A stretch of 63,898 bases of DNA, filler included, from Phoronis australis (GCA_002633005.1; 7 parts of 7 records of this genome joined end to end with filler, not necessarily neighbours in it), one strand, 5' to 3'; shown: positions 23,799 through 58,281, numbered from the whole stretch's first letter. Notes: generated by a model not told the origin, from the letters alone. Program-made: numbers and translations.

Positions 23799-26700
23799 CG
23801 TAACCTTTAAAACAGATATTGACCTGTCGTACATAAATCGACACCTTGCAGTAACAACATTGGTCGCCCGAAACAGTTTTGTTTCACAGAAATGTCTCAC
23901 GCTGATGTGTTTGCAATAAGCATGTTCGTTCAAATTGAGTGCCCCTACTCTGGGGTTGTTCGTTACTGAACACTAGCTCTTCCTCAAAAATTATTAATGT
24001 CACAACACATTGAGACTTGGTATGTACATAAATATAAACGTACAAAACTCAGACTTGCTTGTTTATTTCCAGAAAATTCTGAAACAAAATTATGATTTTT
24101 TTTTGATGTGCTGCTGAAAGTTAGCAAAAGAAGTAAAGTTGAATTTTAAGTACCCGCCGGAGAAATAAAAGGGCGGACGCAAATTAGCGAAGAATGTGTG
24201 TTTAACAGAGAGCACACTGAGACTACTTAAATAAAATGCAGATTATCACAGCAACCCAGAAGCACGAAATATTTTTTATACTAGCACGCAACATCCTTAT
24301 CAACTCAAAGAATTCAAAACGTACATGCAATTTTTGTGGCAAGAATAAACCGTTAATTTCACTTGGTTCATAACTGTAAACTAGTAACTGTGTGGAATGC
24401 AAACAGCCAAATGGTACATGTGGGTTCGCAACTGTATGTTCACCAGTTCACTGTTTCACTGGTCACGTGGCGTGTCCCTGTATTTTTCTGTGTATGAGCG
24501 CATTGTGTTGAAGTTAGGGCAAGTAAAATGAGAAGATCCATGTCCAGCCAATATAAGCGGGCAATGGCAATTGCGTCTATTTTATACACTCATTTCCGGG
24601 TATACACCCATTTTCGGGGTAGAAATCAGTTACGGAAATTTTTGTCATTACTGACAATTCCAAAACATATCTAAATTTTCTCATAACCTTTTTTGATAAC
24701 GGCAAGTAAGCTCTTCAAGTATTTTTTACAATTGCTTAATTTCTGTTTTTAGGTGACTAATCCCGTCACATAACACTAACGTTGGTTTCGTTTGCAGGGC
24801 AATTCACTCACTGACTACTTGCAAACCATCGATGTATTATAACTGCTATATAGTGATTTTAGTTTGGTTTTCAAATTAAAAAGATATATTTTTTAAACTG
24901 TTTTGCTTCCAAAATATTTTTGAAATTGTTTGGTATCGTTTTTCGTTTTAATCTCGTTTTACTTTCAACTTTTTTTTTTCGTTTTTAAATTTGTTTACTT
25001 TCAAAATATTNAACCATCGATGTATTATATTTGCTATATAGTGATTTTAGTTTGGTTTTCAAATTAAAAAGATATATTTTTTAAACTCTTTTGCTTCCAA
25101 AATGTTTTTGAAATTGCTTGATATCGTTTTTCGTTTTAATCTCGTTTTACTTTCAACTTTTTTTTTTCGTTTTTAAATTTGTTTACTTTCAAAATATTTT
25201 GAAATTTGCTTTATATCAAAATTCCTATTTAAACACGTTTTGCTTTCAAATTTGTTGACCGAAACATTTTCAAAATTATTTTCTATCGGATTTTGTTTTT
25301 GAACATGTTTTACTTTGAAACTAATTTACGTTTGAAACATATAGTTTTTTCTTAGCAATTAAATTAAATTTAGCTTGGCAGCGGTGGGCCACCAAACTGT
25401 TACGCCATGTCGTCCGATATCCAAATAGTGTGCATTGCTATAGGGTCCCCGGGTGACGGTATTAGAGACATTGCATCACTGCAAGCATTGGTGAAGATAT
25501 ATTTGAATTTATACCGAACACGTCCGTAATACTACATTGTTCCATCATATTTGTTGCCATGTCACCCTCGTCAATTCTGTGTACATTCGTGTGTCTTCCT
25601 TCGTGATTGCCGCTGGGATTTCGACGGCGATTTCCTCTGTAGATGATGTGCTCTCGGGATTGTCCTCTTCTCTGCTGTTGATAGTGGTGCTGCTGTCTAG
25701 GTCTCGGCTGAGGTGTCGGTTTACCTCGGCAAACTTAACAGCTNCGTCCGTAATACTACATTGTTCCATCATATTTGTTGCCATGTCACCCTCGTCAATT
25801 CTGTGTACATTCGTGTGTCTCCCTTCGTGATTGCCGCTGGGATTTCGACGGCGATTTCCTCTTTAGATGATGTGCCCTCGGGATTGTCCTCTTCTCTGCT
25901 GTTGATAGTGGTGGTGCTGTCTAGGTCTCGGCTGAGGTGTCGGTTTACCTCGGCAAACTTAAGAGCTTGAAAAATGGTCAAAACTGTGACATGCGCGGCA
26001 CGTTTTGCCTGTGGACTGACTACAAAAGTGCAAGGGAAATCTTTGTAGTTGTGGCATAGCTCAAAAATGCAGCAAAGCAAGTGATCCTTGCAAAAGTTCA
26101 CATTATTGGCGTTTTTCGCTGCTAGCGGAAGATGAGTGCTAAAGAAAACGATAGCGTTTTAGACAGCATTTGAACAGGGCGTGACTTTAGTCGGATAACA
26201 AATTTATTGACCTTTCGTGTTTGGACAATCAAACTCCCTTAGTTGCCAAATAGATGATGCTTTCTGAGAAGAATCTCACGGAGGAAAAATATATAATGTA
26301 AAGTAAAGCACAGATCAGTCTACTTATTCGATACTTTCCACGAGAACACAATTCATGGCCTGGTCTGTGTCTAGGACCCTGTGTCACAAGATAAGAGTAG
26401 ATACGTGCAGAGTACTTAAGTCGGTGATTACAGCGAGGTCAATCGCAACCAGTCCCTTTGTTTTAATGATACCGAATGGATTTTGTACCTAGAAAACTGG
26501 GTTATCTGATAACAACAATCGCATGATGACTGGTGTTATTTATATTGCTGTGGGAAAAGATATTTGTTTGCAAGATCACAGGAAGTTGCATTTTTTATTT
26601 GCGTTTCACGGCCTTTCTTTATACTTTCTGAGTGGTACATGAAGTATACCGTTTTAAAATTGACCACAATTTGTATTTCATCAAATAATTAAAGTGATAA

Positions 26701-27215
26701 ATCCAGGGGTGTAGGGGCATGTCACCTGATATCAACCGGACTTAGGACACTTGCACGTCAATTGTCACATGCTACTTATGTCAAGGTTTTTTGACCTTTA
26801 AAGAAAGTGATTAATATGATGTATTCCTACTGATAGTATAAAACAAGCCCTGGTGTAGACATGCTTTTGTAGACCGCCATATTAGTCGATTCATGTCCAA
26901 AATTAATTGTGAATCATCTGCCGTCGCAACGGTGTGACCAAAAAGGTATTTCACGAAAATATTATGTCCAATAATTAACTCCAGAACACACACGCAATTA
27001 AAACACCGTCAGGGACACTGTTAAAATTTCAAGTCCGCTGATTATCTCGATGTCATTATTTATTATCGGAATAGGACATCCTAGTGGTGTTTATGAGTTT
27101 GTAAGCCATATGAACGAATACCTTCGTTCAAATGTCAATCAATGTTACATTGGTCAAACGGTTACTTATGCATATTCAAAATTGTGTCATCCAGGAACCT
27201 TTTGTGCATTGTCAT

Positions 27216-27500
27216 GAACGTAAAATCACATGTCAAGAAATTATGAAAAACATGTCAATTTGATGTGTAGAACACGATGTGCTCCGATTGAAATCACTGG
27301 AGTCCATTTTGAATTCTTTCGAGAAGCCTTTTTTGAATAAACAGCAAACAGGGTCGCGTTGCACGCTACACTTGTTCACGTGACTTTCCTGTTAACCCCT
27401 CTGTTTGTTTTGTCGCTACACTTTCCTGTTAAGATAAAGTCTCGTGTATTTAACCAATTTTGCATAACGGAAGCGTGCTACCCGGCCAAGTACAGTAATT
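27216..27500 (+). repeat. Dispersed repeat homologous to ~5022-5500
   Basis: Shared blocks ACGTAAAATCAC..GTCAAGAAATT and CAGCAAACAGGGTCGCG..CACTTGTT..CGTGACTTTCCTGTTA. Confidence 0.7.
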
Positions 27501-27910
27501 GTGTGCGTTTGTATGTCATATACATGTGCATACCTACAGGTTAGTGTTATCACTAGAAACGCGTGAAAGATATCATGCCAATTCCAAAAATTCGAATCGG
27601 TAAAAGGTACTAACGGGATCCTAAATTGACTCAGAGATTTGAGGCCCTGTGGGTGAATTGTATTTCATGCCTCTCCACCTCGTAGTTATACCTCACTAAA
27701 GAAAATCTACCGGAGGGGTGACCAACGGCCTGAATTTGCCCTTTAATTAAAGTGATTGGTATGTACTACTCTTTTTGTGTATTTCCGTCGTGTTCATGTT
27801 ACATGCCGTTTTTGGAAGGCCTGTTTTCGACCCGTGTTAAGAATGATTCCATATAAAAACCATATGAAAATGAAAAATCACTATATACTCAAAAATTCAT
27901 ACAGAACTAA

Positions 27911-28010
27911 NNNNNNNNNNNNNNNNNNNNNNNNNNNNNNNNNNNNNNNNNNNNTTAATTAATTAANNNNNNNNNNNNNNNNNNNNNNNNNNNNNNNNNN
28001 NNNNNNNNNN
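27911..28010. other. Artificial contig-joining linker
   Basis: 44 N + TTAATTAATTAA + 44 N. Confidence 0.98.
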
Positions 28011-29738
28011 TACCTACCTTTGAAATGTTTTGTAATAAGTGGTCACTGATTTACTAAGCGTTCTCCCTCAACCTTTGAGAATTTCCCATTAATCGCCCAC
28101 GGTTCAGGATAGCGCCCATCATAGCGCACGACAAACGACCGCGCATGATTAAAAATTGACACGCAGCCTATATAGTGTGTCACTCTCATTTTACACAACA
28201 AATTCAGTTTTCAAAAACATCTTTTCTCAATTATGTAAAAACCAAATCCCGGCTTTGTTTCATACCTGCTAAAGAAACTTTGTTAACACTAGTGACATGC
28301 GTGTCGTTTCGTGACTGACCTATTTTCCCCGTACTTGGAAGGTATTGAGGAGCAAACTCAAATTACGTGATGGAATCCCGCACGCAGTCGGGAATTATTT
28401 CGAGGCTATTCATTTCATAGAAAACGAATTGTTGAGTACGTAAACAGCATAAATACCACATTTTTGTTATGAAATTTGCACTGAATTGTTCCCGCGCATC
28501 CAAATACGTTATTCGATTAAGGCATCGTGTCACGTTTTTTTTGTCAGATGTTTTTCAAATGTCGAGTTAAGTTGCAAAATTTGGATTGCGGACAAAAAGT
28601 GGAGGGAATTTGCACTCCGAGTTAGTTAGGATCTTTAATGACTTTGATGACACCTAGTATAAGGTCAGACCTAGCAAAATCGCGGATACTTTTTCAAGGG
28701 TCATTTTCTTCCTTTTCACATCGCAAACATTGATACTCGAACGCACGTGTTAGTTAGGAAGCACTGATTCAACTTTCACGTCGGCAACTTGCCTTGCGCT
28801 TGAGGGCCTTTCAATGGCGGTCGTGCAGAACAGTAATACCGTACCTGCATCAACGAACTCAATTTTGCGATCTGAAATTTGTCAGTATTTAACGCTGCAG
28901 GTAAGAGCATAATCTAAACATTTTCTCAGTTATCTAAAAAATCGATTTTGGAGCGTAAAAATGGCAGGAAATTTTTGCGACCTGGCATTTATGAATGCGA
29001 GCTGGATTTTGAAAATGCGACCTGGGATTTTGGCTAGGTCGCAAAATGCGATCTGGCGATTTGAATAGCATCGAGCCCTGACAACAGATGTCTTTAGGCA
29101 TGCGCGTATACAACGGATGTTTTTTTAAACATGCGCGTATACATCGGATGTGTTTAGGCATGTATGTATACAAGATATAATGCCTTTTTATTGTATATGG
29201 ATTTCTTTAGGCACCCGTGTATACAAGACATAATGCCTTTTTATTGTATATGGATTTCTTTAGGCACCCGTGTGTACAAGACATAATGTGTTTTGTTCAC
29301 GAATAAACTTTAGTTGAGTGTTTGTAATGCACCTAAAAGTAATCACTCCCATTTTGTATTGTATAAAATAAAGTTTCCCTCACATTATCATACTTACAAC
29401 ACCTTCAGGCAAGCGTGCCTAATTCAGCTTCATATTCCCCCTCCATTACATAGGCTCAGCCTAAGCATAAGTAACCCATGAGACTGAATGAAAGTCGACT
29501 ACATGGTTTCATACAACCAAAGCTACACAAACATGTATAAGGAATACCAAGCAGCAACACAATCATGTAGAAGGAATACCAGGCAGCAACACAATAAATC
29601 ACGTTTATCCCAATGTTTTTTGCCAAACAACAAGTTGGATTTAGGCCACTTATTTACTGTTGTGATATTATCCTGGAGATGTTGCCAGTCACAATATGTA
29701 TGATTTATGACCATGGACAAAACTGTCAGTGACCTATC

Positions 29739-30972
29739 ATTACTCTGCGCGTGTAAGCGCAGAGTACTGTTGTTCCTGGGTTTTCTTCAATTTTATTCTT
29801 ATTCTTATTCTTCTTATTCTTCTTCCGACCAACTTTGAGGCTTAATAACTCCGAATTGGGTGCAGCTACGTTCTTTAAATTCAGCATATCATTTTTGACA
29901 GTACATAAATTTTGATTCGTTATATAATCATATTCACTATTGCACCGGAAGAGGTCATTTGGTGCAAAGGTCATATAATTTTCAAAATGCCACACCTTCT
30001 ATATTTTAAAAGCTGTTATTTTCAAATTCGGTACACAGGTATAAGTCTATGAGGCAATTTAAAAAATTACTTTTCTAAGTAATCGGGTCATCCAATCAGG
30101 TTAAACAGGTCAAAGGTCATTAGGTGCAAACTCCGATTTTGAGCTAGACACTTTAAATTCACAGGTCTGATTGGCACAGTTAATTCAATTCAGTTTCAGG
30201 TCATTTAGTGCAAACATGGGGTCATTAGGTGCATTTTTCTTCTGAAAATTTGTCCTCTTCATTCACCAAGTATTCTGATGTGTCAACCGTTAGACAACTG
30301 TGATTCTCAGCATTAAACACACTTTTCACGGGCTTTGCAACGATTCTCCTAAAGACCATTTAATGCACCAGATAGGGTCAATTAGTGCAAAGGTTATCTA
30401 ACGTTCAAAATGTTATATCCCCTACATTTTTCAAGGAATTCTTTTCAAGTTAAGCACACTGGTGTAAGTCACCATGCCAATCGAACATCCTACTTTATTA
30501 TGCAATAGGCGTAACCAATCAAAAATAGGTCTAGCGTCATTTAGTGCTAAAATTTTGAGCTAGAGACTTCAAAATTACATATCTGTTTAGTAAATGTGAT
30601 TGAGTTTGAATTCTAAATTATCAGGTCATTTGGTGCACCCATGGGGTCATTAGGTACATTTTTCTTCTGAAACTTTGACCAATTCATTCATTTTGTATTC
30701 TAAAAAGCTTAAAGTAAAACATCTGTGTTTCTTAGCATTAACCACACTTTTAATCGAGTTTACAATTATTCCCTAATCCGGGCTCATAATGCACCAAGAG
30801 GTCAATTAGTGGAAAGGTCATCAAAATATTAACATGTTATTTATCCTACAATTTTAAAGAATTCCTTTTCAAATTGGTGAACGGGTTGCTGTCAGTAACT
30901 TCCCATAACAATTCGTTTAATACACACGCGCAGAGTCCATTACTGTCCCGCCGTGACAATAATCTTTCTAGT
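29739..30972 (+). mobile_element. Helentron-type non-autonomous element (HINE/DINE-1-like)
   Basis: 5' subTIR TACTCTGCGCGTGT with a partial inverted copy, (TTCTTA)n microsatellite, internal diverged tandem blocks, 3' subTIR ACACGCGCAGAGT (30924-30936), hairpin at 30939-30963, CTAGTTT end. Confidence 0.65.
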
Positions 30973-31222
30973 TTCAGATGATTTTCATTTATATTTTGAG
31001 TTATGATGTGACTTGAAATTTTCTGAACATGTTGACAAAGAAATAATGAACAATGAGTACTTGCTGAGCCCTGGGGACTTCTAAGCTTAGTAAAGGAATT
31101 TTATAACACGAACTGGCCCAAATCTTAACTTGGTTTTTAACAGATATAATGGGTTTTAAGCCACTTGCAACAATGAAAAACTGTACTTCAGACTGCCAAT
31201 GTACCAGTCACAAGAACTTCTA

Positions 31223-51534
<20,312 letters not shown>

Positions 51535-51627
51535 CTGTAATAATGACCAAATGATGAGTACCATAAATAATAAATAATAAACAAATCACACCAATCGAGT
51601 AAACAAACAATTCAGTGGTTGGACTAT

Positions 51628-51719
51628 CAGTACACTGAGGTGTGCTTACAGTACACGGAGGTGTGCTTACAGTACACAGAGGTGTGCTTACAGTACACAG
51701 AGGTGTGCTTACAGTACAC
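51628..51719. repeat. Minisatellite, 21-bp unit, running into the contig end
   Basis: Unit CAGTACACAGAGGTGTGCTTA. Confidence 0.88.
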
Positions 51720-51819
51720 NNNNNNNNNNNNNNNNNNNNNNNNNNNNNNNNNNNNNNNNNNNNTTAATTAATTAANNNNNNNNNNNNNNNNNNNNNNNNN
51801 NNNNNNNNNNNNNNNNNNN
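51720..51819. other. Artificial contig-joining linker
   Basis: 44 N + TTAATTAATTAA + 44 N. Confidence 0.98.
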
Positions 51820-52074
51820 CCGTCCACTGTTTTTGTTGCCAAAAGGTTCACGAAGTCAGAAATTCGAGTCCCCGGCCGCCCCATAATTGAAGGCTGGGTG
51901 CGCGCATGTGTGTTGCTCGTTTTGTTGATCTGCGCTATATGCGGATGACGTCATCAAAACCGGGGTAAATCCATATACTGCCGCGGGAGGCCCGTTTGTG
52001 GATTCCTAAAACGCGCAACACTTTAAGAATCGTGCCGATTTACGGGTAATAGAACAGGAAATGCTTCGTATGAT

Positions 52075-52924
52075 AATATAGGAATCCCGATTTTTTAACG
52101 AATTTTCCTTCAAATATTCTTTAAAATGCCCATCAGTCTCAGATTCCCATAACGCGCAAGCTTGCGCAATATAGGAATACTGATTTTTAACGAGTTTTCC
52201 CTCAAATATTCTTTAAAATTCCTATCAGACTCAGATTCCTATAACGCGCTGGCTTGCGCAATATAGGAATTCCAATTTTTTACGAGTTTTCCTCAAATAT
52301 TCTTGAAAACGCCTATCAGGCCCAGATTCCCGTAACGCGCAAGCTTGCGCGTTATAGGAATCCCCATTTTTGAACGAATTTTCACTCAAATATTCTTTAA
52401 AACGCCTATCACCTTCAGAATCTCATAACGCACAGGCTTGCGCGTTATAAGAATCCCAATTTTTTAACGAGTTTTCCCCCAAGTATTCTTTAAAATTCCT
52501 ATCAGACTCAGAGATTCCTATAACGCGCAGGCTTGCGCAATATAGGAATCCCGATTTTTTACGAGTTTTCCTTCAAATAATCTTTAAAAGCCCATCAGTC
52601 TCAGATTCCCAAAACGCGCGCGCAGGCTTGCGCAATATAGGAATCCCGATTTTTGAACGAATTTTCCTTCAAATATTCTTTAAAATGCCAATCGGTCTCT
52701 GATTCCCATAGCGCGCAGGCTTGCGCAATGTAGGAATCCCGATTTTTGAACGAATTTTCCCTCAAATAATCTTTAAAACGTCTATCAGGCTCAGACTCCC
52801 ATAACGCACAAGCTTGTGCAATATAGCAATCCTGATTTAACGAGTTTTCCCTCAAATATTCTTTAAAATTCCTATCAGACTCAGATTCCTATAACCCGCA
52901 GGCTTGCGCAATATAGGAATCCCG
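52075..52924. repeat. Satellite-like tandem array, ~93-bp unit x~9, each with a ~38-bp imperfect palindrome
   Basis: GATTCCTATAACGCGCARGCTTGCGCAATATAGGAATC plus a conserved AT-rich linker (AACGARTTTTCC..AAATATTCTTTAAAA). Confidence 0.92.
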
Positions 52925-55116
52925 TAATTTGAAACTGACTGACAGTTTTCGAGACTCCGGTTGCTGAAAGTTTCAGCATCCCTGTGGTCGGTGTACTCAC
53001 GGTCTTCTTTGTGAATCTATTGGATTAGTCATATGAACAGGTCCTGACTCACTGTGTTGCAGCCAACACATGTCACTTGTGGCCGCTCATCTGCTCGAGC
53101 TAATTATCCGTGACCTAGTCTTTGAACTTTGACATAATTAATATTGATCACAAGTGGAGTGTTCTCCAGAGCGTTGTGTGTGAAGATTCCAGTTCGTGTG
53201 AAAGATTGGTAAGTTCTGGGGTTATTCACTGCAATGAAAAAGTGTCTGATTCAGTTAAGTCGTTCTTTAATGGCCACACGGAACTCGTTTTAGTGGACCT
53301 ATTCAGAGTAGGTGATCACAGTTTGGCGAGATGTGCCGTTTCGACGTGGCCGCGAGGTTGGCGTACGTGAACTTGGAATCCTGCTTAATTTCAAGATTAA
53401 GCGGAAGTGAGTGTTGCGTGAACTCGGAATTCCAAGATCACTTGCGTGATAATGAGATTAAGCCAAACCCCATGCGTGAACTTGAAATATTGCGTGAACT
53501 TGCAATTAAGCGGCTACCCAGTCACAGAACAAGGGGTTTGGACTGAAATCATTACAGAACCGGTAGGCTATGGTGAGAAGAGAGTTCTTCTTCGAAAAAG
53601 ACAAAGCACCCGTGGTCAGGTCATGATTACTGGTTAGTACCGAGGGATTTGAGTGAAAATCACCAGTGGACTGTAATATGTTCCATCAGTGATGTACCGC
53701 CAAGGTCGCAGCTGGTGGCGTCACGACTATACAGTGGCTTTTTGAGTCACAGGCCTATTATTTTCTGTGTTGTACTGTTGCTGTCTATTCCAATATTAAG
53801 ATAAAGCCTGATGTTTGAAATAAGTGCCTGGTTGTGAGAAGTAAAATGTTTAAGTATTATCTCGAAGGCAAAGGATCTTTAAACACTGAGCTGTTTTATT
53901 GTGTATTAGATATCTTTGACTTTGTAAAGGCCTACTACTTTTGCTTAAACTTGAAATAATTCAATTTCTCCTGTAGTAAAAATCGTGTGGTAAAACAAAC
54001 ATCACCTGAATGGTTGCAACGGCATTGTAAATGCGTTTTCTGTTACTTTTGAAACACCTTCCTTATGAAAAAGCTTCAGGAAATTCTAATCCCGTAAGAT
54101 TCCAGCGAGAATCTAACTAATTAAGATGCCATTTAAATTAGTGAGAAAACAATTCTCACTCTAGTGAGAATACAGTGATATTCCAGTTAGAATTCAGTGA
54201 CAATCTAACTAATTTGCATAGACCCTATTCACGCTGACAGGAGGCGCATTCCAAAACGAGGCTCGCTACGATAGCTCTGTTAGCTTATCGGCGTAGTTCT
54301 GTGTTTCAGACCGTGTTGTTCCGCGAACGGCTAGAAAAAATACGGACACGCCATGTTATGAACACTCCCACTAAATAAGATTGGTCCTAACCCCAATGGT
54401 CAAGGTAAACGGTGGGGTTTGGAAAATTGAGCTAGACCGTATTTATCCACCTTGGCTGAGTCGCGCTCGGCTCACGATCAAAGGGATGCCGTCAAGCTGC
54501 TCTATCGAGTCACGAGCGAGGATAATAGCGGATTTGCAGCGCAGACGAATTACGCATTGCGCATGTGCGAGTTACTTCCTTCACGAAGGCTCATGGGATA
54601 GCTTGTGGTCAGGCATGTCTTGAGCAGGCTGAATACTGTGTGCATTTGGAGTGATTTGCAAACTAAAAACCATGTTTCATTTTTTTGCTTTATAATACCA
54701 AGCAAGTCCTTTCTCTCGTTTGTAAACACAGCTGTAGCTATGATCAGTGACCGTGTGACCGAGGGCACGACTGTCATCATGTTCATCGGCGTTGATTTCG
54801 AAATCTCCTCCGGGGTTTCAGACAAGTTGAGAGTTCTTGGGTGGCTTAACTTTTGTAACTTTCGCCGTGGATATGCTAGAGACGTTTATTTTAAGAGGAA
54901 ACTCCGTCCGAATATTGTTCTCATAAGTCTTTTTTCCACCAGGCAAAATGTTCGCTACACACACGATGGCCCCTAGGCAATTACATCGCACTGGATGCCG
55001 CAGGCATTCAGGGGCGATAGTACATCCTCACAAAAAGTTACTCATTTCAAAATACAGCAAATAAAATCAAATGAACCATACATATAGGAACACGGAGTTA
55101 TAATTAACACATACCA

Positions 55117-55216
55117 NNNNNNNNNNNNNNNNNNNNNNNNNNNNNNNNNNNNNNNNNNNNTTAATTAATTAANNNNNNNNNNNNNNNNNNNNNNNNNNNN
55201 NNNNNNNNNNNNNNNN
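55117..55216. other. Artificial contig-joining linker
   Basis: 44 N + TTAATTAATTAA + 44 N. Confidence 0.98.
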
Positions 55217-55712
55217 CACAAAAGGCTACTTTAAAATGAGACAGAGCCTATGAGAGCTTGCAACAGGGCGGGGGTGCTATTGATGGTGATCGAGAGGTAG
55301 ACTGTTCCCGCCCTCACTCGGCGAAAAAATCGCCTCTCAGTAGGCACTGGCACCTTTCCCCGCGGATGACGAGGTTCCTGCAGAAACATGATAACTATGA
55401 TTTCACTGTCCAGTTAACTGAAATTGAGTTCTTAAACGAGGTTACGTTTTGGACGAACGAATTAGGTGTTTTAATTTTAAAATTCAACTTGGTCCAAATT
55501 GATACTTGAAATCTAAAACATGAAATAGACGTAAGAATTATTACAACCAAGAAAGCAGAAATGATGGTCAAATAATATTTATTTTCAATTACGAGTCTGG
55601 TTTATTAATTTAATAAAAAATATATTTAGCAACATCAATTATTCTTTCAGATCAATGACAAATCAACTGTTAGTCCCAGGGAGTGCATAGGATCAGGCTA
55701 TGCTTGATTTTA

Positions 55713-55997
55713 ATATTCTTGATCAACAAATTAAACCAGATGTGACTAACTGCACATGACAACCACCACTGTCGAACATGTCTTCAACTCGTCAACAATA
55801 CGAGCAGATGACCTGGTCCACGTAGAAAGTATTTTGATCAACAATTTACAAGAATATTCTTGATCAACAAATTAAACCAGATGTGACTAATTGCACATGA
55901 CAGCCACCACTGTCGAATATGTCTTCAACTAGTCGTCAACAATACGAGCAGATGATCTGGTCCGCGTAGAAAGTATTTTGATCAACAATTTACAAGA
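55713..55997. repeat. Tandem duplication, ~140-bp unit x2
   Basis: ATATTCTTGATCAACAAATTAAACCAGATGTGACTAA... occurs at ~55714 and ~55853. Confidence 0.85.
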
Positions 55998-58281
55998 AAA
56001 AAGTAACCCTGCATTCAGCATAATACCTAATCTGTACATGTCGTGAACACATCCACTAAAACAAGAAACTGTAGGAACACCGTGCCATAGTGTTACCGTA
56101 ACACTATGATCGCCGCAATTTGGTCTATTTACTTTTCATGTTTCGAGACTAGTTTTCCGAAAAAAATTAAACGCTTTCGTCAGACAACTCTTTGACGCCT
56201 TAACTTGTTCTCTAATGTAATTTTCTACGTCTGTGTGGTTTAATTGTTGTCCAGGTTGGACTCGAAAGACCGGCTATTTAACTCACGCAATGTCTACTTT
56301 CGCTTTGTTTATCGCAGTGAGCCTCGCTTTGGATTTTAATGTCCGCCGCGTGAATAGAGTCTATAAGAAGCAAACCCATGTAAAGTTCAGTAGCTGTCTC
56401 GCGGCTAGAAAAATCAAGACAAAATCACATGTTCGCATTTAAGATACACGGCATTATCTCGCGAAGTCATGCTTTTCTAACGAGATTCTAGCGAAGTCCT
56501 AACGAGGTCACTGAACTCTATCCCGGTGTAACATCTCAGAAGAGTTTGTACTTGATATAGCCCATTGAAAACATACCGTGGCTTATGCCTCTTTTGTAAT
56601 TTTCTAATGACATGCTCAATGTGTGACATTTTCTTTTTTGCTTTGAGTTTTTAGCGTTCAGTGAACTGACACTAAAAGTTTCTGGTTCTTATTTTCAATT
56701 TTCAGTCGTTTGGTTTCATTTTCCAATACAACTATTTTGTGACTCATTTCACCGACAACAGCAGTCTTCGACTTCAAAGCAAAGGTCTACTTTCCAACCA
56801 CAATTGCACTCGGTACGGTGGTATAACTGTAGAGCTGGAGCCGCCATTTTCTTTTTTGATTTCAACATTATCGACAATTGTATACATTTTAATGTATATG
56901 TTGTGCGAGGTGTCTGTCTCTTTAACGGTGAGCACATTAACCATACAAGTTTTCTTCTCTCTGAGCGAAATGTTCTCTGCAAGTACGGTGTCTCGTTTTG
57001 AATTCGCTGGTTTTCCTTGCTTCTTTGCTTTCCAGTGTTTTTTTTCATCCGGTTTTCTTAAACTAGCATCGTTAGAAAAAACTTGAAATGGCATGTCTAT
57101 TCTTTTTTTTGCTTCTGTAGCAACCTCGCAACCAAGCATCTTCAACCACAGCCCGATACCGTGATGGCTACACATCCCACAATGCAATGCAACGCCAGGA
57201 ATCAATATGTCTGATTCATAACTCCAATATCTCCCCATTTTAAAAGCACTAATTATCGTGGTACTGGGACTTTATAAACCATAAATTTGTAAATGTTTGT
57301 AATAAAGTGGATTTTTCCATGTAAGTTGGATTTAATTTTTGCTAAAGTCTTTTAAAAGATATTAAAATCTGCTTTAGTGATATGGAGATATGGAGATATG
57401 GTTCTTTCACCAGAGATAATATCATCATTCAACTAAACAGTATCTCTTTAGACATAATATACTTCCTGTGGCTCGAGAGTGAACAGTCTTGCAACAGCTC
57501 ATAGCGTTAGTAACGGTTATCGGTTTAACAATAGTTTGTGAAGTATTCTCAAAGTTGTTCCAAACTTTGAGTGCTAATAAATGCTACATGATAATATCCT
57601 GTTTCAAAGATATAAGCGATCTAGTCGTAGTTATTTCCTGTTAACAGGCGAAAACAGGGTTTCGTGTCTCTCTAAGAACTCAGTAGTCTATATCAGAAGA
57701 TGTCTGAGAAAAGTGCGTTCCAAGGATGTTGCTACGAGTCTAAATTATTACAAGGAATGAAACATTTTATAGTAACCCAATCGAATCAAAGTTAAAGACG
57801 ATTGTTCAGATACCTATTTCAGTGACTAATTTATTGCAAGAATGTATTAAATCATAACAAAATGTAATGGAAATTTCTGACGTTTTAGACCGTTTTACCA
57901 CTAACGGAGCGGATACGATCCGGAACGTTCGGTCATTTCAGAACAGCTTGGCTCACTAACTTTCCTCCTGTTATTCCCTTGCATTCTCGGCCACGAGAGA
58001 TGACTACTCGGACGATGAATTCAACTTCCATCCAACAGTCATAACGGGGAATTCCGGGTCATTTTGTCTGACTACCTTTGGCTTGTATAATGGGTCTTGG
58101 TAACCAGTCTGATTCACCATTCATTCTTTTAACTCAAATTTATTATACTTTGTCTCATACTGAAAACTTCAGTGGTTTAACGTGACCACTAAATTATGCT
58201 TTATCTCCCATCGTCGACTTCAAATTAATCCCACGGCAAGTAATTTCCTTCTTTAATGAGTTTGTTAGAACACATTATTTG

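Noticed and set aside
52075-52924. CRISPR-like array of palindromic repeats
   Set aside because: The intervening sequences are homologous to each other rather than unique spacers, there are no cas genes, and the context is eukaryotic.
52930-53900. Possible LTR or retroelement leader
   Set aside because: No paired LTR, primer-binding site or gag/pol homology is visible.
56600-58100. 154-aa minus-strand ORF (56774-57238) and neighbouring coding-like sequence
   Set aside because: It is interrupted by stops and frameshifts and has no motif I can identify; possibly a decayed transposon ORF, but I cannot support a call.
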